From Torpedo marmorata (lineage: Eukaryota), in assembly GCA_977017645.1 (NCBI GenBank), contig OZ360225.1, positions 2,108,001 through 2,172,000 on the forward strand: a stretch of 64,000 nucleotides of DNA, written 5' to 3'. Below the pieces are notes generated by a model. That model made no database searches and was not told where the DNA came from. It saw nothing but the letters and a program-made list of their open reading frames with translations. Positions 26,731 to 38,840 of the stretch are shown piece by piece (the stretch's first letter is position 1; each line of letters opens with the position of its first letter). Both the position numbers and the translations under genes were made by a program.

Positions 26731-27189
26731 AAGGTGAGTGCAACAATATCAAGGATGCAGGCGATTTGGAAAACAGGCAGATTCTCAGAGAAAAATGAGA
26801 TGCGGATGCAATATAAACATTTATATTCACAGATATCTATATTACACAGACTAAAGGACATAAATCAAGTTGTGGTTCTCTGTTTTAATTTTGCTTTCAA
26901 TTTTGGATCCAGAAATAAGCATTAAATCATTATATGATTTGTTTAAGGATGATGCCAACTTCTCCAGATTTATCTTACTGTTGCAGCTATCTTTCTGCAA
27001 CAGTGGCTAATTGAAGGAAGACATTGTCATGGTGTCATTCTCCTGCCACCCTCTTCTTGGACAGAACTATGAGTTTGCAAATATGCACCTCCAGATTCAA
27101 AGAGAGTATCTTTCCTTCTGTTACATGAGGCAACAATTTTTTTCAAAATGTTTGCTTCCTGAAACAATATTGGGGATTATGATAGACAC

Positions 27190-27894
27190 AAGCTGAACAC
27201 AAAGATACTTTTAGATTTGCTGTATCACGTAGGAAGTTGGAGAGACATTTAATTAACTTTTATTGAATTTAGCATGTTTATTCGCATAATAATGCTGACA
27301 CATTGCGTTAGTTCAACTGATGTAAAAATGTTTTGCCGCTGATTTTCGTTTGCACTCAGCATCTAATGTCTCTCGTGTCAGTGTCCAACATTGTCGGCCA
27401 GCATTGGTGGATTCCAGATGCCCTGATACCGCTTTTCCATGGTCGCATTGTCCTGGTGAAACCTTTCACCATGTTCGTCACTGACTGCAGGGGAGAAGTC
27501 TAAGTGCGAATGCAGAAAATGAATTTTCAATGACATGTTGCACTTCATGGTTTTGTATGCTTGAAGCATGTTGTCAATCAGCTCGATGTAGTTTGGTGCT
27601 CTGTAGTTGCCAAGAAAATTCTCAACATCTTTAAATGCCTTCCATGCCTAAGACAACATTTGCATAGCACCTGCACTGAGTGCATGCCCAGACATGCTTG
27701 GACTGACCAAAACAGCTTGCTTTGTGGGCAATATATTAGTAGACTTAAAATATGTCAGGAAATCACAAAAATAGATTATATCAGAATAAAGATACGTGAT
27801 GTGAAAAGCTTAAGGTGATTTTTGTGATTAGTAGCCCAAAATCCATAAAATACACCCAAAAGTGTTCAGGAAACAAAATCTCCATTGTCCAGTG
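27190..27894 (-). mobile_element. Chapaev3/CMC-like DNA transposon remnant
   Basis: MSLKIHFLHSHLDF...SDEHGERFHQD...MEKRYQG transposase motif (27378-27569); element end ttgtccagtg (CAC/GTG terminus); superfamily assigned from memory. Confidence 0.55.
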
Positions 27895-28446
27895 TTTTTA
27901 GAATCTGGAATGGACATTCCATTAGACGTTGCCTTTTCTCTTTCACACAAAACCCTGCACTTCATTTTGTTGTACTTCTTTATTTTTAATTCCTGTACTG
28001 CCTGCCGTACCATGTAAAGGATGACTAGCTTCGATGACACACAAAACAGTTTTTCACTGTATCTCGACACATGTGACAATAATCATATCAATTCAAGATT
28101 AGTGTGAAGATGTGGTAAGGGTCTATAAACTGTTTAACATGAGAATTCCAACAAATGTAACCATGACAACATCAGTGAATCAGCAGCTTAGCAGCTGAGC
28201 AAGATCCAATGAAGAGGGTTCTTTAGATCTCCACCTATACGATGAGGGGTAGAAGCTCCCACCAGCAAAGGGAAGCCCTCTGAGTGTTAACACAGATATT
28301 GCGCCTGAAGTTCTTCTTTCAGATCCAAAGGCATGAACCGTTAGTCAGAAGTAGGATAATATATCCCTTTCAGTCCTTTCAAATTGACATTACACATCTC
28401 CTTTCTTCCTTTTGCTGTATGAGCTTTTCACCGTCTCTTTCTGTCT

Positions 28447-28885
28447 ATTCATAGAACATAGAACGTTTTACTCCAGCACAGTACAGGCCCTTTGGCCTGT
28501 TCCGACCTATATATCCTACCCAAAAAAAATGAAACCCCTCCTACCTCATAACCCTCTATTTTTCTTTCATCCACGTACCTGACTAAGTGTCTCTTAAATG
28601 CCCCTAATGTATTAGATTCCACCACCACCCCTGGCAAGACATTCCAGGCACCCACAACTCTCTGTGTCAAAAACTTACCCCTGATGTCTCCCCTAAACTT
28701 CCCTCCCTTCACTTTGTACACATGTCCTCTGGTGTTTGCTATTCCTGCCCTGGGAAAAAGGCACTGGCTGTCCACCTTATCTATGCCTCTCAGAATCTTG
28801 TAGATTTCTATTATGTCACCTCTCATCCTTCTTCGCTCCAGGAAGTCCCAGCTCTGCTAACCTTGCCTCATTAGACTTATTTAGC
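28447..28885 (-). mobile_element. CR1 LINE 3' fragment
   Basis: MRGDIIEIYKILRGIDKV...TQRVVGAWNVLP; (catagaa)n tail. Confidence 0.85.
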
Positions 28886-29285
28886 AATCTTTACCCCTTT
28901 TTATTATTAGTGGTGGATCTTTTTTATTTGATTCTGCTTTCTAAGTTTGACAGTGGACTGTGAAATTCTATCTCAGTTATTGTCACAACAAAGGGTTGGT
29001 ACTTCTTCAACAATAATGGCCACATGATTCAGGGTAAGTGTTTCACTCAAAACAAGTTTTAATGTCTATTGATTCAACTATACTACAGTCTAATGCTCTT
29101 CAGAAAACATTAAATGACAAGTAAATAGCAAAGATTGGCTGCTTGGCACAGAGTGAATAGACCCACCTCTCCAGGTTGTTCACTCAGATGTGAATTTTGA
29201 CTCTCATGAGTTTTTTTTAATTTTGAAAGGTTATACTCTCTTTCTATATAACATTTAGATGCCTTAGGCTGCATCCTTTGAAATA

Positions 29286-29977
29286 CAATAAAATCTCAGT
29301 ATCCAGATTTCAAGCAACAAGCAACCCAAGCAACCGACAAAAAAAATTGAGGAAATAAATAAGTAAATACTATTTAAAATAAATAAGAATAAGTAAAAAT
29401 TTAAATAAAAGTTTAAAATTGTAAAAATAAATGTTCTGCGGAGCAACGCACAACCCCTTGGTGAAGATGGGAGCAAACGTTCAGCCAGCGGAGCGCCCCG
29501 GTCGTGCCCCGCCTGCAGCAACTGTTAGAATAAAGTTTCAATAAAGTTGTGTTTGAATAAAATGGCGGCGCCCAGGATGATGAGCCGGCCGATGCCGCTC
29601 GCCGTTGGGGCGACTCTCCCAAAGTGTCTCACTATCCCTGCCTAGTGAGAGTCTTTATCTCTATTAGGTATATTAGTAAGGCTTTATCTGTAAACTTGGG
29701 GGAGAGGGGGTTAATTATGATGGCAGCATGGTTAGCATAGCGGTTAGCGCAACACTGTTATGGGAATTACCTGATTGAACTGAACTTTGCATTACTAAGG
29801 GCTGCAAGACTGATTTTTTTCAAATTACATTACATTTTGCACTGTCTTTTGTCTTTTAAACTGTTTATTCTTAATGCAGGTGTATTAGTTAAGGCATTGG
29901 AAGAGTGAGTCTCAGGCAACTGGAAAATTCACATATCCAGCATCCACGATAGGTGCCGGGTACTGGGGATTTTACTG
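29286..29977 (-). mobile_element. Tigger-type MITE (8132 family)
   Basis: Reverse complement of internal segments of 8132-9365; TA-flanked TIRs. Confidence 0.75.
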
Positions 29978-30571
29978 TATATAGACTATCCTTTTATCTG
30001 CTTCTCATGGCTTTGTGTGTTGGCTCCCTTATTCGTTCTTCAGTGTTGGTGCCTAAGCATGTTAGCCATTGCATCACTCATAAAGTAGCTAGCTTCTTCT
30101 GGATTGGCTGTTACCATGGTTCTGAAACATCAGCATTCTCTGCCTTTTAGCTTTCAAACTCTCTTTCTATTCACAGGGAAAAGTGCACAATTCTCCCTTC
30201 CAGACTGACCTTCATGTTCATGTATCTGGGGTTGAATAACCACCGTTTGGATTTAGACACAATGAACCGCAAATAGAGCCATTCCCGTGCCAGAGACCCA
30301 GGTTCAGTCATGACATCGGGTGGCTGTTTGTGTGGCGTCTGTGCATTCTTCCTGTGACAATATAGGATTCCTCCAGTTACTCTGGTTTCCTCCAAAATCC
30401 CAAACGCATGCAAGTTTAGGGGGTTAATTTCTCACTGTAAGTTCCCACCCTGTGTGTAGACATGTGGTATGATCAATAGGGAATTCATTGGAATATGGGA
30501 GAATAAAAATAGGATCAATGTAAATGATGCTTGACAGTTGTCATGGAATTGGTGGATCAAATAAGACTATT

Positions 30572-31676
30572 TCAAGTCAAGTTTATTGTCATCTGATTGC
30601 ATAAGTACAAACTGACGAAACAGCGTTCTCCAGTCCTCGGTGCAAAACATGCAGACAACACAACCAGACATAACAAGATTCAAGATTCAATTTATTGTCA
30701 TAGTAATAAGACAGTGTCATATTCCATGAAATTTCTTTTTGCCTGCTGCAAGGCAGACAGATTCGCCACCGGCAGAAATTCCCTAAGCACCTCTAACATT
30801 CCTTACAGTCAGAGAAAGAGAAGCAAAAGAAAGTCCCCCCCAGAGTCACCAAGTGTCCATAGATTCACCTCCAGTGATTCCGCAGCCTCTTCAGCCACAC
30901 AGAGTCCAGTCCAAACCATCGGCATCCCGAGCTCCAGATCCGAACCTCCAACATGGTCAGGTCGCCCTCGGCACCCCCTCGCATCCCGGTTCCGATACCT
31001 GGTACTCCTCCAGCCAGTTCAAGCCAGCCTCCAGCAGTCCGCAGCCCGGTGTGAGTCCCCCGACAGCAGTCTCCAGCAGCCCACAGCCTCCGCGAGTTCC
31101 TCGCCTCGAGTCGCCAGCAGCCCGCCGCATGCACTGGTCCTTCAGCCTCAGATCCCCTCACCGGTCCGCCGCCGTGGTCACCGTCCCGTGGGTCGTCTCC
31201 TCCGCTTCTCCTTCTCAGACAGGGGGTGATCTTCCCGTCCTCTGGTGCCCTGCTCCAGTCCTCCACTTCCCCGGAGTCTGCAGCCCCTCGTGGCTGATGC
31301 CGGTTAAAAGGCGCTGCCATCTTGGGCGCAGACCCCGCGGTCGCGGGATCTTAAATAAAACCACCGTCGGCTCCTTTAACGGGCCGTTCAAAGCCCATGC
31401 GGAACCGACGGTAGTCGACTGGGTGGCTGGACCCCGCGGGAGCGCTGTATCTCCGCTCCCACGCTCCCCGCAGGTCCGCACCAGTGGCAGCGCTGCCGCT
31501 ACAGCGGCTCCGGCAGCGTCGCCATTTACTAGCACACATACAGACAAATAATTCATATGCAGAAAAAGTATTTTATCTATAAAAATAAATAAATAAACAT
31601 TGCTTTGTACAAATGAGAGTCTCGGATGGTTAGTGTGAGCAGTTCCTTTGGTCGTTCAGCATTCTCACTGCCTGTG
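30572..31676 (-). mobile_element. Rex1 (family A) 3' tail interrupted by a GC-rich non-autonomous retroelement
   Basis: 30572-30674 and 31530-31676 are the reverse complement of 21110-21355. Confidence 0.7.
30675..31529 (-). mobile_element. GC-rich non-coding LINE-dependent element with Rex1-like 3' end
   Basis: tgacaataaa plus (gaatctt)n tail; CpG-rich 5' head; truncated copies at 31955-32295 (+) and 25263-25500 (-). Confidence 0.6.
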
Positions 31677-32787
31677 GAAATTTGCCTGCTGTATGACTAT
31701 GACTTTAAACAATATCAATAAAACATTAAAGCAATGAGATGCTAGCACATGATCATTCTATTGGTGGCCTCATTGAAGGAAAAACATGCAGCTCAATTCT
31801 CTCAGTGATGGTATAACATGATGTCGATAAAAAACTTCACCCAAGAAACACAAGTTAAATATCTTAGAGAAGTTAAGCTTATCTGACCCACATAAGTAAT
31901 CATTATTTGAACACTAAAAGGATAAACAGAAAAAATCTTAAACACAGTGGAGATTGGAGGTACAGAGGTACCAGGTATCGGAACCAGGATGCGAGAGTGT
32001 GCCAAGGGCGCTGGAGGCTTCCTGATTGTGTTGGAGGTTCGGATCTGGAGCTTGGGTCGCTGATGGTTTGGACTGGACTGTGTGGCTACGGAGGCTGCGG
32101 AAGCGCTGGAGGCGAATCTCGGGGACTCGGTGACTCTGGGGGGACTCTCTTTTGCTTCTCTTTCTCTGACTGTAAGAGGCGCCTGGCAATTTCTGTTGAT
32201 GGAAAATCTGTCTGCCTTTCGGCAGGCTAAAGGGAATTTCGTATAATATTGCCCCTGTTTTATTACATGACAATAAAGGAATCTGGAATCTTGATTTTTT
32301 TCCTCCTTCCTTCTGCAATAGACGTTAAGTGTTTTATCTGAGTGGAATGCAACAACACTCCAACAAGGACCTTTAGGGGAATGGCAACTGGCTTACACTG
32401 TCACTTTTTCCAGAGGTAGAAATAGAACCATAGAACGTTACAGCACAGAAACAGGCCCCTTCAGCCCTTCTAGTCTGTGCCTGATACGCCCATCAATAAC
32501 TCCAAAAGACTAGAAGTTACACAAGAACTGAAAGGCTTTTATTAGCTACAGAATGGAGCTACATTCGTGCTGATGATCTGTCCCGGACTGGGGGAGGAGC
32601 AGTGGCACAATGGCCTTTATTCAAGGGGGGTAGGGGGAGGAGCCACCGGGACAGTCAGCAGGGCATGTCCAAACCTATCACCAGCCCACAATACATATAC
32701 AGTGGTTTACCACATTCACCCCTCCTTTTAAAAGAGTCCAGCGGGGTGAAGTGAACACTAACAACACATTAAAAAAATATATTAAAG

Positions 32788-35700
32788 TCAAAGATCAAGT
32801 CGATCAGGCGGTCGAGTCTGACGTTGTGATCGGCGCAGTACTTGTGGTGATGGGGCAGGCGGCGGAGCTACCTCCTGCCTGGTTTGGGGTACCGGAACGT
32901 CGGGTGATGGCGAAAGTGCTGGTGAGTGTGGTGTCGTGTTGGGATCGAATGGTGCGTCTTGTGTTTGCACGGGGGTAATCGTAACAAGGGGGTGTTCGAG
33001 GGCGGGTTCCGGTGCTCCTGCGGGCGCCAGGTCCCGGATGGAGACGGTGTCTTCCCGCCCATCAGGGAAGACCACGTAGGCGTACTGGGGGTTGGCATGA
33101 GCTAACTGGACCCTCTCGACCATTGGGGCGTATTTATTGCTCCCGACATGTTTGAGGAGCAGCACTGGCCCTGGGGACGTCAGCCATGCTGGTAGGGTAG
33201 TCCCGGTGGTCGACTTCCTGGGAAAAGAAAAGAGTCTCTCATGAGGAGTCGCATTGGTGGACGTACTGATATGCCTATCAATTAGCACTCAAGAGACTAT
33301 GAGAGGGTTAACGAACCATAGGCTTTAATACACATAAAACAGACCAACAGTAGACCTGCAGATCTCGACCGGAATGTGGTCGGAGCAGTGGCACACAGGC
33401 CTTTATTCAGTTGAGAAAAGGGGAGGGATTACCTGGACATCCAAAGGAGGGGAGAGGAGTCGCCGGGACAGACAGCAGTACATACAATACACAAACAGTG
33501 GTTTACCACACGTACATAGCAGGGATCGGATGGAATGGAGGGCCTCGGGAAGGACTTCTTGCCAGCGGGAGACTGGTAATCCCTTAGACCTGAGGGCTAA
33601 GAGAGTGGCCTTCCAGACCGTGGCGTTCTCCCTTTCCACCTGTCTGTTACCCCGTGGATTGTAGCTCGTGGTCCTGCTAGTGGCGATACCCCTGGCCAGC
33701 AGATATTGTCGCAGCTCATCGCTCATAAATGAGGACCCCCGGTCGCTATGGATATAGCAGGGGAAACCAAACAAGGTGAAGAGTTTGCGGAAAGCTTTTA
33801 TGACAGAGGTGGCCAAGGTATCGGGGCAGGGAATGGCAAAAGGGAACCGCGAGTACTCATCAATAATGTTGAGGAAGTGCACGTTGCGGTCGGTGGATGG
33901 GAGGGGACCCTTGAAGTCGACGCTGAGTCGCTCAAAAGGGCGGGTCACCTTAACTAGCTGTGCCCTGTCAGGGCGGTAGAAGTGCGGTTTGCACTCCGCG
34001 CAGACCTGGCAGCTGCTGTTCGTCGTCCTGACCTCTTCTAGGAGTACGGTAGATTACGGGCCTTCACAAAGTGAAAAAGCCTGGTAACTCCGGGGTGGCA
34101 GAGGTCACAGTGGAGGGCATATAACCGATCGATCTGTGCGCTAGCGCACGACCCCCGGGATAGAGCATCGGAGGGCTCATTGAGCTTCCCGGGCCGGAAC
34201 ATAATATCATAGTTGTAGGTGGAGAGTTCGATTCTCCACCTCAGGATTTTATCGTTTTTGATTTTACCCCGCTGCTGATTGTTGAACATGAATGCGACTG
34301 AGCGTTGGTCAGTCAGCAGGGTAAACCTTTTGCCGGCGAGATAGTGCCTCCAGTGCCTGATAGCTTCCACTATGGCTTGGGCCTCTTTCTCCACCGCGGA
34401 GTGCCGAATTTCTGGGCCTTGAAGGGTACGGGAGAAGAACGCCATCGGTCTTCCCGTTTGGTTGAGGGTAGCAGCCAGTGCGAAGTCGGACACGTCACTC
34501 TCTACTTGAAAGGGAGTGGACTCGTCCACCGCGTGCATTGCTGCTCTGGCAATGTCCCCTTTTATGAGGCTAAAAGCCTCACGTGCCTCCGTTGCAAGGG
34601 GAAAAGTGGTGGACTTGACTAGGGGGCGGGCCTTATCTGCGTAGTTAGGGACCCATTGGGCGTAATATGAAAAGAAGCCCAAGCACCTTTTGAGGGCTTT
34701 GAGGGTGTGGGGAAGCGGTAGTTCCAACAGGGGGCGCATGCGGTCGGGGTCGGGGCCGATGACCCCGTTCTCCACGACACACCCCAGGATAGCAAGTCGG
34801 GTGGTCCCGAACATGCACTTATCCCTGTTGTAGGTGAGATTAAGTGCTTTGGCCGCCTGGAGGAACTTCCGAAGGTTGTTGTCGTGGTCCTGGCGATCGT
34901 GACCGCAGATAGTGATATTGTCCAAGTACGGGAAGGTGGCTTTTAAATTGTACTGGTCCACCATCCTGTCCATCTCCCTCTGGAAGACGGATACCCCATT
35001 TGTGACTCCAAATGGGACGCGCAGGAAATGATAGAGCCTGCCGTCCGCCTCGAAGGCGGTGTAAGTGCGGTCCTCTCGGCGAATGGGGAGCTGGTGGTAG
35101 GCAAATTTGAGGTCTATGGTGGAGAAGAGCTTATATTGTGCTATCTGATTAATCATATCCACAATGCGTGGAAGGGGGTACGCGTCAAGCTGCGTGAACC
35201 TATTGATAGTTTGGCTATAATCTACCACCATCCTATTTTTGTTCCCATTCTTTACGACGACCACCTGGGCCCGCCAGGGACTTGTGCTCAGTTCGATGAT
35301 CCCCTCCCCAAGTAATCGCCTCACCTCTGACTTGATGAATACCCTGTCCCCTGCACTATATCTCCTGCTTTTGGTCGCCACAGGTTTACAGTCAGAGTTC
35401 AGGTTGGCGAATAGTGACGGGGGCGGGATCTTGAGGGTGGATAGACCGCAAGTAGTGTGGGGTGTGTTTTTGAGGAACTGGTGATTACCGACGGTAATCG
35501 ATGGGAGGGGCCCGTCATACTTCATGGTAATGCTCTGGAGGTGACTCCGGAAATCGAGTCCTAGTAGTACAGGTGCACACAGTCGGGGCATGACCAATAG
35601 CGTGAAGTCCCGGTATTCCGTGCCCTGTACCACTATCGTCGCCACACAACCCCCCCGGATGTCTGTTGTGTGCGACCCGGAAGCCATGGCAACCCTTTGG

Positions 35701-35984
35701 CTTACCGGCAGTGTCACGAGGCCACATCGCTGCACTGTGTCAGGGTGGATAAAGCTTTCCATGCTGCCCGTGTCGAACAGGCAGTTTGTCCTGTGTCCCT
35801 CGACCAGAATGTCCATCATTGACCTCGATAGTTGATGGGGTGCACTCTGGTTGAGTGTCACTGACGCCAGTGTTAGGTCGTTGTCTTGATCCGACGTCGC
35901 GATGGAGTGGCCGCTGTCCCGGGGTGGCGGCACCCTGTGTCGACTCGCCGGCGCGGAAGAAGATGGCCGCCCCATGGATCGCAC
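32788..35984 (-). pseudogene. Gypsy Pol (protease, RT, RNaseH, integrase), frameshifted and interrupted
   Basis: LFDTGS protease; YLDN (YxDD-like) RT; SAVEKEA/TDQRS RNaseH; H...CHPG and HSDRGSSF integrase; frameshift near 34040; solo LTR at 33267. Confidence 0.92.
33267..33510 (-). mobile_element. Solo LTR of a related Gypsy family inside the integrase
   Basis: tgatatgcc...gtggtttaccaca, same termini as the host LTR; perfect 5-bp TSD CGTAC. Confidence 0.92.
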
Positions 35985-36934
35985 GTGTTAGCGTCGGGTC
36001 GGTAAGATGGCGGCGCCGGAAGTGAAGTGTCGGGTCGGTAAGATGGCGGCGCCGGAAGTGACGAGGCCCAAGATGGCTGCCCCCATTCCTCGCACGAGTT
36101 GGCAGCGGCGGGTAGGTAGGACGGCGGCGCCGGAAGTGACGGCACATAAGATGGCCGCCCCCGAGTCTCGCATGCGGCGCTGCTCGAAACCGCTCGCGGC
36201 TTTGAGCGGCAGACCTTAGCAAAGTGGCCTTTCTTACCGCAGCTGGAGCTGGTCGCTTCGCGGGCCGGGCAACGTTTTCGGGGGTGCTTCTCGAGCCCGC
36301 AGAAATAGCATTTCTCGGGCTCGCGGCTGATGGTGGCAGTAGTCGAGTCGCTAGTCGGGTGGGGGGTCGGTGGCATCCACGGGGCCTGCTGGAGATCGCG
36401 CACTTGAATAGCATCCGAGTTCTGAAGCGCGGCCTCCAGCGTGTCGGCCAGTTCAATCGCAGAACGGAAGGTCAGGTCAGCTTGTTCCAGCAGTCGCTGG
36501 CGCACGTACACTGACCTGATCCCCGTGACAAAGGTGTCTCTTCCTAGCAGCTCTGCATGCTGTTCAGCCGTCAGCCCCCTGCAGTCGCACGCCCGCACGA
36601 GTGTCTGTATGGCCCGTACGAACTCCGCGATCGACTCCCCGGGCCGCTGCTGCCGCGTCGTTAGCCTGTGCCTCGTGTATACAGAGTTCACAGGCCATAT
36701 ATACTGACGTTTTAGTGCATTCATCGCCTCCTCGTAGGTCTGCAAGTCGCGGATCATCGAGTAAACTCGTGGGCTTACCCTAGAGAGGAGGACCTTGCGT
36801 TTTTCCGTGTTGTCCTGCACCTTGATCTCCTGTAGGAACGACTCAAAGCAGACTAGCCAGAGTTCGAAGGCGTTGCCGACGTCCGATGCTTGCGGGTCGA
36901 CGTCCAGTTTGTCTGGTCTCAGAATGTTCTCCAT
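35873..36934 (-). pseudogene. Gypsy Gag
   Basis: MENILRPDKLDVDP N-terminus; CYFCG...HPRKRC and CGKKGHFAKVC knuckles. Confidence 0.9.
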
Positions 36935-37190
36935 ATTTACAATGTAGTTAATAAAATTGATACGCCCATCAATAACTCCAAAAGACTAGAAGTTACACAA
37001 GAACTGAAAGGCTTTTATTAGTTACAGAATGGAGCTACATTCGTGCTGATGATCTGTCCCGGACTGGGGGAGGAGTTGTGGGACAATGGCCTTTATTCAA
37101 GGGGGTTTGTGGGAGGAGCCACCGGGACAGTCAGCAGGGCATGTCCAAACCTATCACCAGCCCACAATACATATACAGTGGTTTACCACA

Positions 37191-38045
37191 GTGCCGAACC
37201 ATTTTTTTGCCTAGCCCCACTGACCTGCACCCAGTCCATAGCCCTCTATACCTCTCCCATCCATGTACCTGTCCAAATTCTTCTTAAATGTTAAAATTGG
37301 GCCCGCATTCACCACTTCAGCTGGCAGCTCGTTCCACACTCCCACCACTCTCTGTGTGAAGAAGTTCCCCATCACGCTCACCCTAAACCTTTCCCCTTTC
37401 ACTCTTAGCCCGTGTCCTCTGGTTTGTATTTCACCTACACTCAGTGGAAAAAAACCTGTCTACATTTACTCTGTCCATCCCCCTCATAATTTTAAATACC
37501 TCTATCAAATCTCCCCTCATTTTACTTCGCTCCAGGGAATAAAGTCCTAACCTGTTTAACCTTTCCCTGTAACTCAGTTCCTGAAGTCCAGGCAACATCC
37601 TAGTAAATCTTCTCTGCACTCTTTCTTTCTTATTGATATCTTTCCTGTAGTTAGGTGACCAAAACTGAACACAATACTCCAAATTTTGCCTCACCAATGT
37701 CTTATACAACTTTACCATAACATCCCAACTCCTATACTCAATACTTTGATTTATGAAGGCCAATATGCCAAAAGCTCTCTTTACAACCCAATCCACCTGT
37801 GACACCACTTTAAGGGAATTATGTGTCTGTATTCCCAGGTCCCTCCTTTCTACCGCACTCCTCAGTGCCCTACCATTCACCGTGTATGTCCTTTCTTGGT
37901 TTGTCCTCCAAAATGCAACACCTTACACTTGTCTGCATTAACTTCCATCTGCCATTTTTCGACCCATTTTTACAGCTGGTCCAGATGCCTCTGCAAGCTT
38001 TGAAAACCTTCTTCACTGTGCACAACAATCTTAGTGTCATCTGAT
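37191..38045 (-). mobile_element. CR1 LINE 3' fragment (tail continues 32423-32481)
   Basis: ORF 37431-37880 ERRDLGIQ...YCVQFWSP...MRGDLIEVFKI. Confidence 0.9.
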
Positions 38046-38439
38046 AAATAAAATGTTGTGTAAAAAATGATTGAGCTGTATTTTACTCTGGCTAATGTCA
38101 CTTGGATTGTTTTCCCCAAATTATCGGTATATATGATAAAACAATACCAGTGTATACAAATGGTGGGAGAGATGGGTGAGTTACTACAGATAGGTTCAAT
38201 AATGAATTAAGTTTGAGAACTGGTAGAAACCTATTTAATCTGTGATTATGTTGCAAGATGGCGACTGCTATATTTTGCATTTGTCAAAAGCTAGAACAAG
38301 GGAGTACTTTCGTCTGCATGAACTTCCTATTGAGGTTACCAAGAGCTATTAACAGATGGGCTGACAGGGCACCTTGTAGGAGAATTGTGAACTGATGCAT
38401 CAGTGACAGAAATGTCTCTTCAGTAGATCACAGACAATT

Positions 38440-38655
38440 AAATTCAAGTTCAAGTTTATTATCATCCAATTACACAAGTACAACCCGATAAAACAGCGTT
38501 CTCCGGTCCTCGGTGCAAAACATGCAAACACACAACCAGACATAACACACACAGAGGCAAGCGATACATATGCAGGACAAATATACATATATAAAAACAA
38601 ATAAATATTGTTTAATAAATAGTAGAGTCATGGATGGTTAGTGTGAGCAGTTTGC
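38440..38655 (-). mobile_element. Rex1 (family A) 3' tail fragment
   Basis: ttcaagttcaagtttatt...ggatggttagtgtgagcag. Confidence 0.7.
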
Positions 38656-38661
38656 TTCATT

Positions 38662-38840
38662 GGTGGTGTGGCGACCCCGCGGCCTTCCCCGGGTCGGTGG
38701 TGTAATGATCCCGTGGCCTTCCCGGGTCGGTGGTGCGGTAACCCCGCGGCCTTCCCCGGGTCGGTGGTGCGATGATCCCGTGGCCTTCCCGGGTCGGTGG
38801 TGAGGTAACCCCGCGGCCTTCCCCGGGTCAGTGGGTGCGG
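38662..38840 (+). repeat. CpG-rich 33/34-bp tandem repeat (about 5 units) at the 5' end of the CR1
   Basis: ggtggtgnnnnaccccgcggccttccccgggtc alternating with ggtggtgnnatgatcccgtggccttcccgggtc. Confidence 0.85.

Larger units (their letters stand above)
32482..37190 (-). mobile_element. Full-length Gypsy/Ty3 LTR retrotransposon (decayed) inserted in a CR1 tail
   Basis: 233-bp LTRs at 32482-32714 and 36958-37190 (TG...CA); perfect 5-bp TSD GTGCC; PPT aaaggaggggtgaa; gag-PR-RT-RH-IN order. Confidence 0.97.

Noticed and set aside
30597-31556. Several overlapping 110-230 aa ORFs
   Set aside because: GC-rich repeat DNA with few stops; no recognisable domains; other copies do not keep the frames.
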